Positions 14,900 through 27,185 of a DNA stretch of 64,000 bases are shown piece by piece (position 1 is the stretch's first letter; every line of letters starts with the position of its first letter). The position numbers were made by a program, and so were the translations under genes. Origin of the DNA: Octopus vulgaris. Taxonomy: Eukaryota. Location of the stretch: assembly GCA_951406725.2 (NCBI GenBank), contig OX597816.1, positions 124,744,001 to 124,808,000 on the forward strand, read 5' to 3'. Under the pieces are notes generated by a model. That model was not told the origin of the DNA. It did not search any database and was given only the letters and a program-made list of their open reading frames with translations.

Positions 14900-16560
14900 A
14901 GGATTGGATGCTCTACTGTAGTTTACCCATTTTTCCATAGGCACATTTGTGAAATGCATTCGGTAAATGCCAGAAAGTTGGAAACTTCTGAGCGTTTTTG
15001 CGAGGTTTTTGTACCGAACTCTGCACAATCCAAGCCTGTGCCCAAGATAGCATTCCAGCCGCCCACTATTACTAAAGCGCAGAACGTTTCGAGTGAAACC
15101 TCCAGACGACTAAAGAATTCTAGCTGTCCTGCCCTGCCAGAGAATAAACATATACTAATAAGAAGGCGCTTCCTTAACTACTGTTCACCTTCAGTACCAC
15201 TAACTTTTCTTCACGTCCGTATTGTTAGATCTAAACCTGATACGTATCGTGAGATGTAAATCTTTCGAAAAGCACAGTTTTTCCAATCCCGATCGACAAG
15301 TTGAACTTGTAGATCAGAAATTCTTGCTTCGTGTTGGTCACAGAATCTACACAGAAGGATCCGAGGACGTTGAGCAGCTAGTCCTCCTTCCAAGATAACG
15401 TTCGGCAATGGGGGAAAAGTGAGAAAGGATCACTTACTTTAGCCCTATTGAGTCACCAGTGCTTAGGCTGTCCGGTTGACTACGGCTGTTTCCATAAAAT
15501 TTTCGTTGTATAGCATTTTCCTAATATTCAATCATAAAACTTCTATTCCAATTGGGCATTTATTTTTTAAGATGTTGTATTGGGTTGTGGTATGTTGATG
15601 ATTTTTATGTATGCTGGAATTCAAAAAGTTAATGTGATGTACTTATTGTGTGCTATGCTTGTATATTTGTGTGCATGACCCACTTGTCACTATTGCGTGT
15701 GTTTGTCGCTGTGTAGTTAATATCTTTCTGCTCGAGTTGGTGAGTGATTTGACAGTTGCTGTGTGTATGAGTTAGGTCGTAGTTAGTGGTAGTGTCTGCA
15801 ATAGTAATTATTGTGGTAATGAAGATGACGGTGCTCGCAACACGCGTTAGCTTCCATTACCGTTGACGTTGGTGCTTTGTCACTCAAGGGCATGTCCCAA
15901 ACAACCTATTTGGTAGTCAGCTTTTGCTTTCGCGCTCTTTTGTTTCTTTTTCCTCTGTTTTGCTTTGGTCTCTTCTCGATATTTAGGTTCAGTATCGTCC
16001 CCTTCTTCACAAAACATATCTGAATGATTCTAAGGAGCAAGGCCGTGTCGTATGGATCATTGTTTTGTATTTGCTATTGTTGTTTGGGGACATTCATTTG
16101 CTGTTGTTGTTTGTGATGTGGTATCTATTGCGAACGATGTTTCTTATATTCTTTCTGTTACTGACCACTCCGCACTTAGTGTTATTCTTTCTGCATTGCT
16201 GCTTACAGCCATGTAGATGGTGATACAACTACTGTTGATGCACACATTTGCATGCTGCTGATGTAATTACTGTGGCTTTTCCTCTTTTTGCTTGCTGTAG
16301 CTGTTCCTGGTGTTTAAGCTGTGGTGTTGGTAGTAGTGGAGGCCTTCTTTCAGTTATGATTTTGCGTCCTTATCAAGGACGAAACGCCTTGGTTAGTCTT
16401 CCTCATCGAGATTTCCCAGATTCCATTACCACCTGAACTTGCTACCATCTTGGAACCTCTGTTAGGTTGGGTATTTTGTCATGTTTCACTAAGTTAACTA
16501 TCTCCAGCGCAATCCCATCCCAATGTTTTTCGGAACCATTTTGTTTCTAGCAGCATACTG
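14900..16560 (-). mobile_element. Decayed Tx1/L1-clade LINE fragment (ORF1 remnant + AP endonuclease)
   Basis: Minus-strand translation near 15130-15010, GQLEFFSRLEVSLETFCALVIVGGWNAILGTGLD, resembles the APE motif FF..LE....LVLxGDWNAxLD; upstream low-complexity ORF1-like region; boundaries approximate. Confidence 0.6.
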
Positions 16561-16789
16561 GGATCTTATAAGATCACATATTTCACCTATCCACTGGTGT
16601 TATATATTAGAATTTTACTAGTGTCACTCTCCGTATGTCTCTACAAGTGTCGACGTTTCAGTATTTGTGAGAGAGTGAAGTGTATTTGTGTTAATGTTTC
16701 CGAGTTGAGTATAACGCTGATGTATCCGAATTTATGAGCATATCCCTCAAAATTGATATTTCAGTGAAATAAAGAAAATGGATTGAAAA

Positions 16790-17440
16790 ATTCATTAGCA
16801 TTTGGCGCTTATAATAAGATGACCCATCTAAAGGAAGACGTAGATCGTTTCTAACTTTTCAGAGCCCATGGACTGATCCAGTTTGAACTTTCATACAAGT
16901 TCAGCGCAATTGGACTGGCCTAATATCTTGAAACAACTAATTACTTGATGTAAACTCACTGAAAATTCCGAAAGGGGTAAGTTGCTTCAGTCTGACGTAG
17001 ATGGAGAGCAAACGATATGCTACTAATGTCGTACTAATCAGCCTGGAGGAAATATGACAACTGTTGTTCCAAAGAAAAGAAAATTAAAAGAAAAAAATAT
17101 AACGCCAAACAGTTAGCTAGTAGTTGGAAGCAGAAAACTTTGCATGGCAAATATAAGTGCCGTAGCAAGCAGCCTGACCAGAAGCACATCATTAGTTTTT
17201 ACAAAGCTCAGTGCTAAAGGCAAAGAGTGAAGGCTTCATCTTACCTGCACGAGATCAAATCATATTGACCCTAAACTACCAAACTGATGTGACGAAAAAT
17301 AGAGTAGATCGAAAATGCCGATTGTACAATGATGATATTGAAGCTGTGCACCACCTAATCTCTGAGTATAAAGTTTTAGTTCCAGAAGAGCAAAAATAAA
17401 GACGTAACAGATTCAGCAAATATCTACATATTTAATGCAT
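16790..17440 (+). mobile_element. R4/Dong-like non-LTR retrotransposon fragment (post-RT region and CCHC knuckle)
   Basis: LKAKSEGFILPARDQIILTLNYQ...KCRLYNDDIEAVHHLISE resembles LKxETEGFIxAAQDQ...CRxC...ETxxHxxS of R4/Dong elements; upstream HLKEDVDRF and WKQKTLHGKY motifs. Confidence 0.75.
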
Positions 17441-19117
17441 CGAGAAACCACATTTAAAATATTTTGTCTAGAACTAAAAAAAACAACAACTAGATATAAA
17501 CACCTTAAAATTGAAAATGAATATTTACTAAACACAAACAAAATAGTGTTCTATAACTTTATGGAAAAATAGAAACAACCAGAGGAGACAAGCAGCAACA
17601 TCATGGGGAAAGGAATGGAACTAAAGAAGTTTTGTAAATGCTGAAAGCTAAATCAAAACTGGGCTAAATTTGGGTTAAGTGATACCATATCAAGGAAACA
17701 TGTTATGTGGAAAATACTTTAAAATACTGAACATAGATAAAAGAAAAATATAAGAAATGTGAAACACAGGCATTAAAACCGACATTGAATGTTTCATAAT
17801 TTACGCACAGAATTTAAGCTTGCACCTAGAAGCACAAGTATATACGAAGTAAAAATACATAGTCTGTTGCATGTAGATTTGGGAAGAAAGAATTAGCGGC
17901 ATTATCTCTGATATAATGATCTAAAAGTGAATTAATTTACATGATCACCGAAGGTTGTGCATTCATACATTGAAATTTATGTGAATATTTTTGAAATACC
18001 GACGGAGAATAGGTAACATATATGCACACCGGTATATGAGAGACCGACGAAGCATTTTTCATGGTGAGGGAAAAAATGTAAGCATGAATGTGTTGTCCCC
18101 TACCGGATAGTTATTACAAGAGAGTTGATAATTTATTTATATTTGTAATGTCAAGATGTTGAATTTGAAATTAAGGAATGAGGGGAAGTGATGCATAGAA
18201 TACACACATATGCATAAGTAATTTTCGTTTATATATTCTTCAAATTTCTTCTGAGTGGTAATCATGTATAACACAATGTCATTCGCTTTGGAAATCGACA
18301 GCATGATATAAACAGATTTATTATTTAAGCATTTTTTGAAGCGATATTTTTCTTATAGATGGAAAATAATTATATTCTGGAATAAATGTATGGAAAGCAT
18401 ATTTTTCTTTGCTTTCTCGCCGAAGGTTAGCAAGAGTCATGGGAGAGAATGTTCTTTGTATCCATACAGAGGGTAAGTGTTTTCATGGAATTCTACCTTG
18501 TAAATTGTGCGTTATAGTAGCCAATATTTTAGTTTTATCAAGAAGCAAAATGTACAAAGCGTTTTCCAAATAGTTTTCTATCATCTAGATATTGGTTTCA
18601 AGCTGCTATTGCCAAGCAATAATGTTTCCTTGCATTGAGGGAGAAGCATCTCTTCGTAAACATAATGCTCTCACGTTTAAATTGGCTCATCTTAAATTGG
18701 ATCATTATATATATACATGAAATTAGTAGAAGTGGCTTTTCCGGTGGTTTTCCCACGTAATACGCAGTTTATGAATTATGGGTTGCTTACAAATCCTAAC
18801 GTCAAAGGTCCAGGAGGCCTGAGGTTCTTCTCCGCACAATTCGGTTTTAGGATTAGATTTAATATTTCTATAAATCACCCATGATGTGAGTAATTATTCA
18901 CATAGCGTATGGTTTATAGGAACATTGAATTTAATCCTAAAAGCAAAGTGATAGGGGGAAAATATAAACTCTTGCAGATATTCCAAATTACAATTTGTAA
19001 ACACCTCATATCTTATAGACAACTAATTATTAAACTGGAAAAATAAATTGGTAAAACCAATTCTAATATTTTCAAAATTTATAATACTATACAAAGGACT
19101 TTCTATTTCTAATTCTA

Positions 19118-19187
<70 letters not shown>

Positions 19188-19191
<4 letters not shown>

Positions 19192-19433
19192 CCTTTTAAA
19201 GCCTAGCCAGGCTCATGGGCCCGGTTTCCCGGTTTCTATGGCGCATGTGTTTCTCAGCTGGACTGGACGGCAGTCCATCACAGCGTTACTCATTTTTGTC
19301 AGCTGAGTGGGCTGGAGCAACGTGAAATAAAGTGTTTTCCTCAAGAACACAACGCGTCGCTCGCTCCAGGAATCGAAGCCACAATCTTACGATCATGATG
19401 CTGACACCCTAACCACTAATCCACGCGGCTCCA
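19188..19433 (-). mobile_element. tRNA-derived SINE
   Basis: Minus-strand head GGAGCCGCGTGGATTAGTGGTTAGGGTG...CTTCGATTCCTGG with Pol III A and B boxes; flanked by (TA)n/(CA)n. Confidence 0.85.
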
Positions 19434-19463
19434 CACACATACACACACACACACATATATATG

Positions 19464-19550
<87 letters not shown>

Positions 19551-20325
19551 TATAAACACGCATTCACATATATACAGATATGTCTATATATACTCAAGCG
19601 CAAGTCTCCTCTGTTGATTCAAGAGACGAAACTTCATGATCGACTAATTTAACATAGACATTTTTGACATAGCGTCAAACTGTCACTCACATCACTTTAC
19701 TTTTACACTTGTCATTAAATAACACTTGATGAAGTTGGATCTCTCGAGGAGAATGTCTTACGTCTAGACTGCCTTAAAGATCGAACACATTTGAGGAATT
19801 CTATAAAAGTGTTATTAACCCTTGAACTACGATCATAATTCAAGTATGTTGCACAGAATACCGGGTTCCAAATATACGCACTTTGAGCTCAAATTTACCT
19901 AAAGATTTAGATTAGCATTTCGTGGCTGACAATTTCAATATTTGGTAGCATTACTCTGTCATTATGAAACTTGATAACATTTTCGCACTTTTTAAGTATA
20001 CTGACAAGTACATTTAACTATCTTTCAGTAACTCTTTGTCATGAGCAGTTAGACAAGCTATTGAAAACGTTGACCAGAAAGTGAGTAACATGATGTTAGA
20101 CGTACATGATGTTGTGCATCCGCTAAATTTGTAAACGACAAAAAACTAACTCACTGCTCTTGCTGAGCGTTTTTCCTTGTTTTGAAGAATTCAAAATATT
20201 TTCCTATATAGCAGAAATAGGCTTCAAATTCTGCAGAAATTGGATGTAATATGCGAAATAAAATGAGTAAATTAAATATTCATAACAATTAAATCTGCGT
20301 ATAATAAGAAAATAATGATACTTAC

Positions 20326-20408
20326 ATCATCCATATATCCTATAAACGGTTTCAGTGGTGCACATGCCCCAAAGAGTATATTATATCCTCCAGTTTGCAT
20401 GTTATATT
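20326..20408 (-). CDS. Pif-like gene, coding exon 5: (E)YNMQTGGYNILFGACAPLKPFIGYMDD
   Basis: Acceptor ttttctacag, donor gtaagt, 83 nt, phase 1 to 0; LamG C-terminal G...F-x-G-x-M-D-D motif. Confidence 0.9.
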
Positions 20409-21220
20409 CTGTAGAAAACATGTGACGTTTAAATATCATTATTTACGTTGAAGAGGATTGTTTTTTCTTCAAAATGTCAAACGCATTGTTATTGTTGTTA
20501 TTAAATCAAAGTTATCTCACATAAAATTGTTCTGTGATCAAATGTGCCGTCCCAAGTTAGCTTTGATCGAGAACATTAAGTTTTACCTATTTTTAGAGTG
20601 TGTTTAAAAGTGTACTATGCAATGTGCCATATTTCTTTAATGGCGGTTATACTTGATTGGAGTGAGATATGGCTCCTATTTGTAAAAGATTAAAGGATTG
20701 CATAGAAATATATTATAGACTTTTACAGAATAATTAGGCACCTGTCGACATGGCGGTCTTTTTAGCACCGTTATCATTATTACGCAGGTAGACGACTATC
20801 ATTGACTATATTATTCGCTAATCAGCAATGCCGCAGTAGCAAGTGATCGGACCCACAAACGACTATAGAACAGGAATGTAACAGTTGCAGGTGCACTAAA
20901 TATTGGTGCTGCGTAACGCAGAGAACCGAAACATTGAAGCTGAAGAAGTTACCACTAGATGGACTATGATACATGCTTAAAAATGCCAGAAATCAAATGC
21001 ATTTCCAAAACTTAAAAACATGCATGTAGAATTTCTTCATTTAAAACGAATGGTGAACTTCTGTCTCAGGCCACATACATATACTTGTGACAGTGCCCTT
21101 GACTGCATTTCAGTTAAAGTTAGAGGGGTAAATTTATTATCTAAGGTAACTTTCAGACTTGCAGACACATGAAAACAAATCCACTATGAAGCATGTAGCA
21201 GATGGGAAGAAGAGAGAGAG

Positions 21221-21260
<40 letters not shown>

Positions 21261-23282
21261 GAAAGCCTGACAGAGGGAGAGGAAGTGAAGGACAGAAGGA
21301 AAAAAGAAATAAACAAAGGAAAGAGAGAGAAAGAGAAACTGATACACATAAAAGTACGTTAGATTTTCACCAATGAGTTTATATTGTTTTATTTTGAAGG
21401 TGTACACACCGTAGTGTTTACGTTGGTCTCTTAAGTTTCGCGTAAAACATCGTATGACATTTGTCATAAATTTCAAGACGCTAAAGTAACTACTGCAACC
21501 TTAATGTGTGTGTGTACGTATATGTGAGTATGTATACATGTATGAGTGAGTATGTATACGTTATGCATGCTTCAATGTACGTATATCTATCCACATAGGC
21601 TTCTAATAATTGGCGGTATTAAGAATTAAAATATTGCATATAAACTATATAAATACTTTTGCCACAGACGCTGGATTTTCACATTTCAAACATAAAGTCA
21701 TTTTTCTGATATGGATATAAACAAAGTTATTCGAGACTGTCTGTAAAGTGTCTGCATTTTCAGACGTCAATATCAGTCTAAATTATGATCTCTTTCCCAT
21801 TTAAAGTAGCACATAAATATATACAAAATGTATGGTGGTGTCTGCTGAAGAGCACCTGTTATCTGAACAGTAATTAACTTGTTCCCACATCTTAAATAAT
21901 TAAAATATCTTAATATATTGAAAATGGAATATCAATCAAGATGAACACGAAAAATAGGAATCAAATACAACTTAAATGGTCATATCTGAAGTCTAGAGGC
22001 GGTAGTAGGAAAATGAAATATTTAGTTTTGACTCTATGCGCTCTAACTTTAAAAGCTGGCAGGTTTCTTGGTTGCAATGTGGCAGGCTTCAATGTAAAGT
22101 CACATTCTAAATCGAATACCCACCGCTCCACCTAACTTCACGAGATATGTTACTTATAATCTGGAAGATTAAAATGCTAAGGGGCAATTCGAGATATCAT
22201 TCTTCCACATGAACTTTATTGCAATATTGCACCACCAGCGAGGCGAACACTGCTATAACTTTCGTCAGCCCAGACACATCACAGTTGCTCAAATTAAATA
22301 TTGGTGTCTCTGTTTTTATTTAGTAGTACGTGTGTTTTCGTATGCCTGTGTTTAATCAATGATATATCTTCGTTTGTGAATAGCGTAGTATTAGGAACTT
22401 GAGGTGGGCCTTCAAACCTTATTTTCATTGCAAAAATGTACTGGAGTTCAAACTTGTGATAATGTAAAATAGGCAACGTTGTATACTTGTGCCTCAGAAA
22501 ATAAACAGCAGATGTGTTTCGATAGAGTTATTTACACGTAAGGGATTGTGGGCTAAAATTAGTAAATAGTCTTTCTCATGTCATTGAAGTGATCTGGCGA
22601 ATGCTGCAGAGCAGTGAATTAAATTTGATACAGAAGGACGTTTCCTGCATCTAGGTTTCAAGACCAAGGGTTGGTAGCTTTGTCGTTCACTTAAAGACAT
22701 TTATTATCGACAAATACAATAACCGTAATATAGTGGTTGCATTTAAATTCAGTCAAATATATTTGAATCCTGAGAGCATCTATTCTGAGATTAAAAATAA
22801 GTAACATTCGATTACAAAAGATCTCATTAGTAAAGAAAAGGTATATAATTTATTATTATATCAGCTAATGATTGCTTTATTTGTTGATTAAGATTACTGG
22901 TGAATTAAATGTGGCAACGAGAGATTTCTCTATATTTAATAGATTTTTCACTCAAGAGACTCGGCTTTCAGCAAGATATGTCGAAACATCTAATGATTGT
23001 GAGGTACATATGCCAACCCTTTGTGTACAAATATATCAATTAAGTAAGAAAGAACGCAATGAAGCAAGCTTCTGCGTCAGGTACTTTTTTTTAGCACTGA
23101 AAGAATTGTACACAAAAGTTATTTCATGAGTTGAATAAATTGTAGAGTCAGATAAATGGAAATTACATATATGATGTTGCGTGCACTATCTAAAAGCTTA
23201 GGCTATGTAGTACACATGGATAATTATTGTAAAATACAAATAATCACGGATAATTTCTTTTGAAAGATAAAGTTAAATTTAC

Positions 23283-23373
23283 CTGAAACTTTAATAGATT
23301 TTGTCTCATGATTTACAGTTGCATTCAAGTTATGTTTGTTGAACAAGAAATATACATCATTCCAGTCGGATTT
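23283..23373 (-). CDS. Pif-like gene, coding exon 4: KSDWNDVYFLFNKHNLNATVNHETKSIKVS
   Basis: Acceptor tatttacag, donor gtaaat, 91 nt, phase 0 to 1, exactly bridging exons 3 and 5; LamG W-x-x-V-x-F...L-x-x-x-V-N pattern. Confidence 0.88.
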
Positions 23374-23430
23374 CTGTAAATAATTATGAGAATATCATAA
23401 ATAAAACGTGTGCTTATTTAATACAAATAA

Positions 23431-25601
23431 CACTGGTCTACATTTTGGAATTTTTAAATTTTTATTTTTATTCAAGGATGTGATCTTACATATACTTGGG
23501 TTGTTGATTTTAAATATCTAAACCATTTTGCTTTATCACATATGGATATTCAATAACACATACATTAATCATAATAAAAACTGTGAATTTTTAATAAATT
23601 GCTACTTTATTACAATGAAGCAAGTAATCATGGAAAAAGCATATTCTGTTATTTTTAAGAACATATGTGTTCCAAATCAGCATGAATTGAATCATCAATC
23701 ATCAACATTGAATCAAATGAATGCAAAAATATATGCTCCTAATGGTTAGCCTACATATCGATTAAAATGAAGGAGTACTGCTTCGAATTCCGCTTGTGCT
23801 GTGGATCCGGACCCTCACGTTTCAATGGCTAGTAGCAATCTTCCCTCACGCTGACATTCCAATTGCCCTGGTATTGAGCTTCCATCGTGCAAATATTCTG
23901 ATGGAAGTGCTGTCCTTGTTCCACACAGTAGTGCCCACAATTCTTGGGAAAATCTAACATCTTAACTAAGATGTGAGTGCAGAAAGTGCAACTTGACACT
24001 CACTCCAGACCCAAACTGTTTGAAACTTGGATATATTTTTTCATATTCTGGGGAGCGGCTGTTTCCCAAAAAGTTTTGGATAATCTACTTGAAGGAAAAA
24101 CCATGCATTCACCTCGACACCTGCTAATACATCCTTAAAATGCTTGCCTTCACTTATTGATACAGTATTATTCTCCAAGTTATAGAAGGTCACTTTTACT
24201 CCAGGTACATGAAAGCAACTCCTTGTATGTTCAGGGCCTTCATAAAAGTTTTCATAAGCCCTAATTCGATGTGGAATGGTACTAGCATACTTTTCTTGGG
24301 TTCATCTAGTGGCACATATTTTACGTTGTGATTTCCGGATAAGAAGCTGGTAGCCAATCTATTTGCTCATAGAGCTGGCTGTCTGCCTTACTATCTCAAA
24401 GACAAATGAAACGCGGATACTTAGTGTATGTCCCTTGAAGACCTTGTAGGAAAACAATAACTTTCAAATCACCAGAAATGAGAAGCTTGTGATTATGGTA
24501 CTTGATGGCAGTTAATAGTGTCTTCATATTTTCATAAGTTTCTGACATTTAGACACTATGACCAATTAGTACAGATGCAGTTGTATTACCATTGTAGAGA
24601 AGAATAGTCTTTAGACTTCTGTTAAACGAATCAGCGAAGGGTCACCATTCGTCTGCTTTCTATGACATCCCCATGAGTCGAATAGGGTCAGAAATATTTG
24701 AAAAGAAATGCAATGAATCATGTTTCTCAAAGATCTGAGTGAATTCTACTTCCGATGTCGGTACCAAGCAAATGTTTCAGATGCTAAAAACTTCAGTCTA
24801 GAGCCAAGTAACTATGCACTTTCTTTTGGAAGGTTAAGGTCTCTCAGCAAGACATTGAACTGAGCTTGGTTGAAGAGTGTGGGATCGTCATTTCTTGATG
24901 GTTCATAGTCTGCTTCTATCTCATTAGTATCACAAGTATCAGACTCTGATGAAATTTCCTGTCTCAAGTGACAGAGATACAGGAGCAACATCTGAGTGCG
25001 GAACAGGCCTAATTGGTGACGGAATATTTGGGTATATTATGCGATCCTTAGTCTTCTTATTGAATCCAGCTACTTTAGTGATACAGAAGTAGCAGTCATC
25101 GTGAGGGTTCATCTGCTCCTACCATAACATTGGTACTCCAACGGGCATGCACTTCAGTTTTTCAAGTGACCACATTTTGAGCAAACTAACGTGACTCTTG
25201 CAAGCTCTGTGAGGTACAAATGGCTTGTCTTGTTCTTCTAGTTTGCAACCAAAATAAAGTAAATACCAGCGCTTCAACAAAGGAGTAATAGTGTTCCAAG
25301 AGTATGAAGGGGTGAATTGCTCGCAGACATAGAAAATTATGAATATGTCTGGTGAATTTGTGCAGCCTCTAGACATATTCGCAATCAGATATGAAAGAAA
25401 ATATATTAGATTTAATATTCAAATCAATATAATGTAAGCATTTCCATTGGTAGTATATATTATCATTTATACAGAGAAATGTAACGTTTCTGTATAAATT
25501 GAAAACTTGATGTGATATAGAGGAATAAAAAACACCATGAATCGCTATGTATCATATGTATTTAAAAAAAAGATACTTTAAAAATATTATGCAGACCATT
25601 G
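23431..25601 (-). mobile_element. Chapaev3-like (CMC superfamily) DNA transposon, full length, decayed transposase ~25376-23765
   Basis: TIRs CACTGGTCTACAT / ATGCAGACCATTG; transposase motifs MSRGCTNSPD..FYVC, YFGCKLEEQDKPFVPH, PMLW*EQMNPHDDCYFC, PSPIRPVPHS and EQGQHFHQNI...YQG. Family name is from recalled motif similarity. Confidence 0.8.
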
Positions 25602-26017
25602 TATTCTAACATAAACTTATGTGGCTAATGTACATACTAACTGTCAGATGAACTTAGTCATTGCAACCTTTTTATTAGCATCGGTTTATGGATTTATTAC
25701 AGAGTTTTTGATAATCCGAGAAGAAATCGTAGAAATATTATTTCATGGATGTCGAGTATTAGATACCTACATCTAGGTATTGTTGCTTTTAGCACACATC
25801 ATACGACTTATTATTCATTGCTATCATCACTCCACCTTTTATAGTCATTATTATTTTGTTATTACAGTTTTATTAAAGATTTTAACAATGTTCTGGAGAG
25901 TCGCTGAATATGTTGATATGATCAAAAACATATACATGGAGAAGGACGAATGTTGTAAATTTCATTCTTTTTACAAGGCTAATTATAAATGAGCGGTAGA
26001 GTAAATCGAATGAAAAA

Positions 26018-26388
26018 TCTCTCTATATATAAACGGCAGTTTGTCTGTGTGTGTTTCTGTGTGTCTGTTAGGTTGTACCCTCACACTGACCACGGCTTTC
26101 AACCGATTCTGATGAAACTTGACACACACATAGCCCAATGTCATAATTCAAAACTAACGCACCGAAAATTTTGAAAAGTCCCCCCAGTTCTGAAAAAAAT
26201 CGATAAATTCGACATGGGGTCGAGAATCAGAAACACAAACCACAGACTGTCATGGGGACGCAACTCGACCTTTTTAACTAAAAAAAAAATTACCATCATT
26301 TTGTTTCCATTTTTTGGCTATAACTCTCTAAAAATGCTTTATAGTTATTTCCCTTACAAACCCGAGCAACGCCGGGCGATACTGCTAG
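26018..26388 (+). mobile_element. Non-autonomous Helitron
   Basis: Starts with TC after host A, ends CTAG before host T, GC-rich subterminal hairpin CCCGAGCAACGCCGGG about 10 nt from the 3' end, no TSD. Confidence 0.9.
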
Positions 26389-26962
26389 TCAACTATAGAC
26401 AGCAGGTTTTAAATTGAAGTATATGTGCCATATAAAATCTGATATAAGGATAAAACTAGAATCGATAATAAACTGTGTAAAACTTCGGTTTTAAACTATT
26501 CGAATTATACGGCTATGAAAGAGTAGGTTTACATCCTCAAGTTAAATCCACACTCCAAGTTGCATAGACAAAATTTAAGAACTTTTTTGGAATTTAAATA
26601 GTGGAACTTAAAGTGTTCCTAATAATATACTATATGGCATTTGGTTGCATTTCTTTAAATTCTAGTTCCTTTGTTAACAATTTGATTTGGTATTATCTTT
26701 CTTAAGCCGATAAAATAAATACTAGCCATGTGCTGGGGAGACGATGTAAATAACTATGCACTTGATTACATCGATGACAGTGGTTCGTGAGCATGACTAG
26801 AATTCGAGGACTTAAATCACTAAAAGAACCTGGTAAATGTTTATGAATCAGTTTGATACATAACACAAGTCTTCCACTTGGTTCGTGATATTTTTATATC
26901 ATTATAATTCATTATAATTCAACGTCAGAGAGTACTGCACTAAGCCGGGTCAAGTATTAATA

Positions 26963-27185
26963 TCAGTTTCAAATTTTGGCCCAAGGATAATGATTTCGGG
27001 GAAAGGGGATGATAAGTCAATTACATCGACCCGAGTGCTTAACTTGTACTTACTTCATCGAACCTGGAAGGATGAAATTTAAAGTTAACCTCAGTAGAAT
27101 TCGAACTGAGAACGTAAAGACGGGCGTAATGCTCCGTTAAACATTTCGTTCGGCGTGCTAAAAATTCTGCCAGGTCGCTGCCTTA
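26963..27185 (-). mobile_element. tRNA-derived SINE with Meta-domain-like core
   Basis: Minus strand reads AGGCAGCGACCTGGCAGAAT...AGTTCGAATTC...TTTCATCCTTCCAGGTTCGATGAAGTAAGTAC; same family recurs at 39098, 39343, 56791, 58935, 59885 and 60445. Confidence 0.8.
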
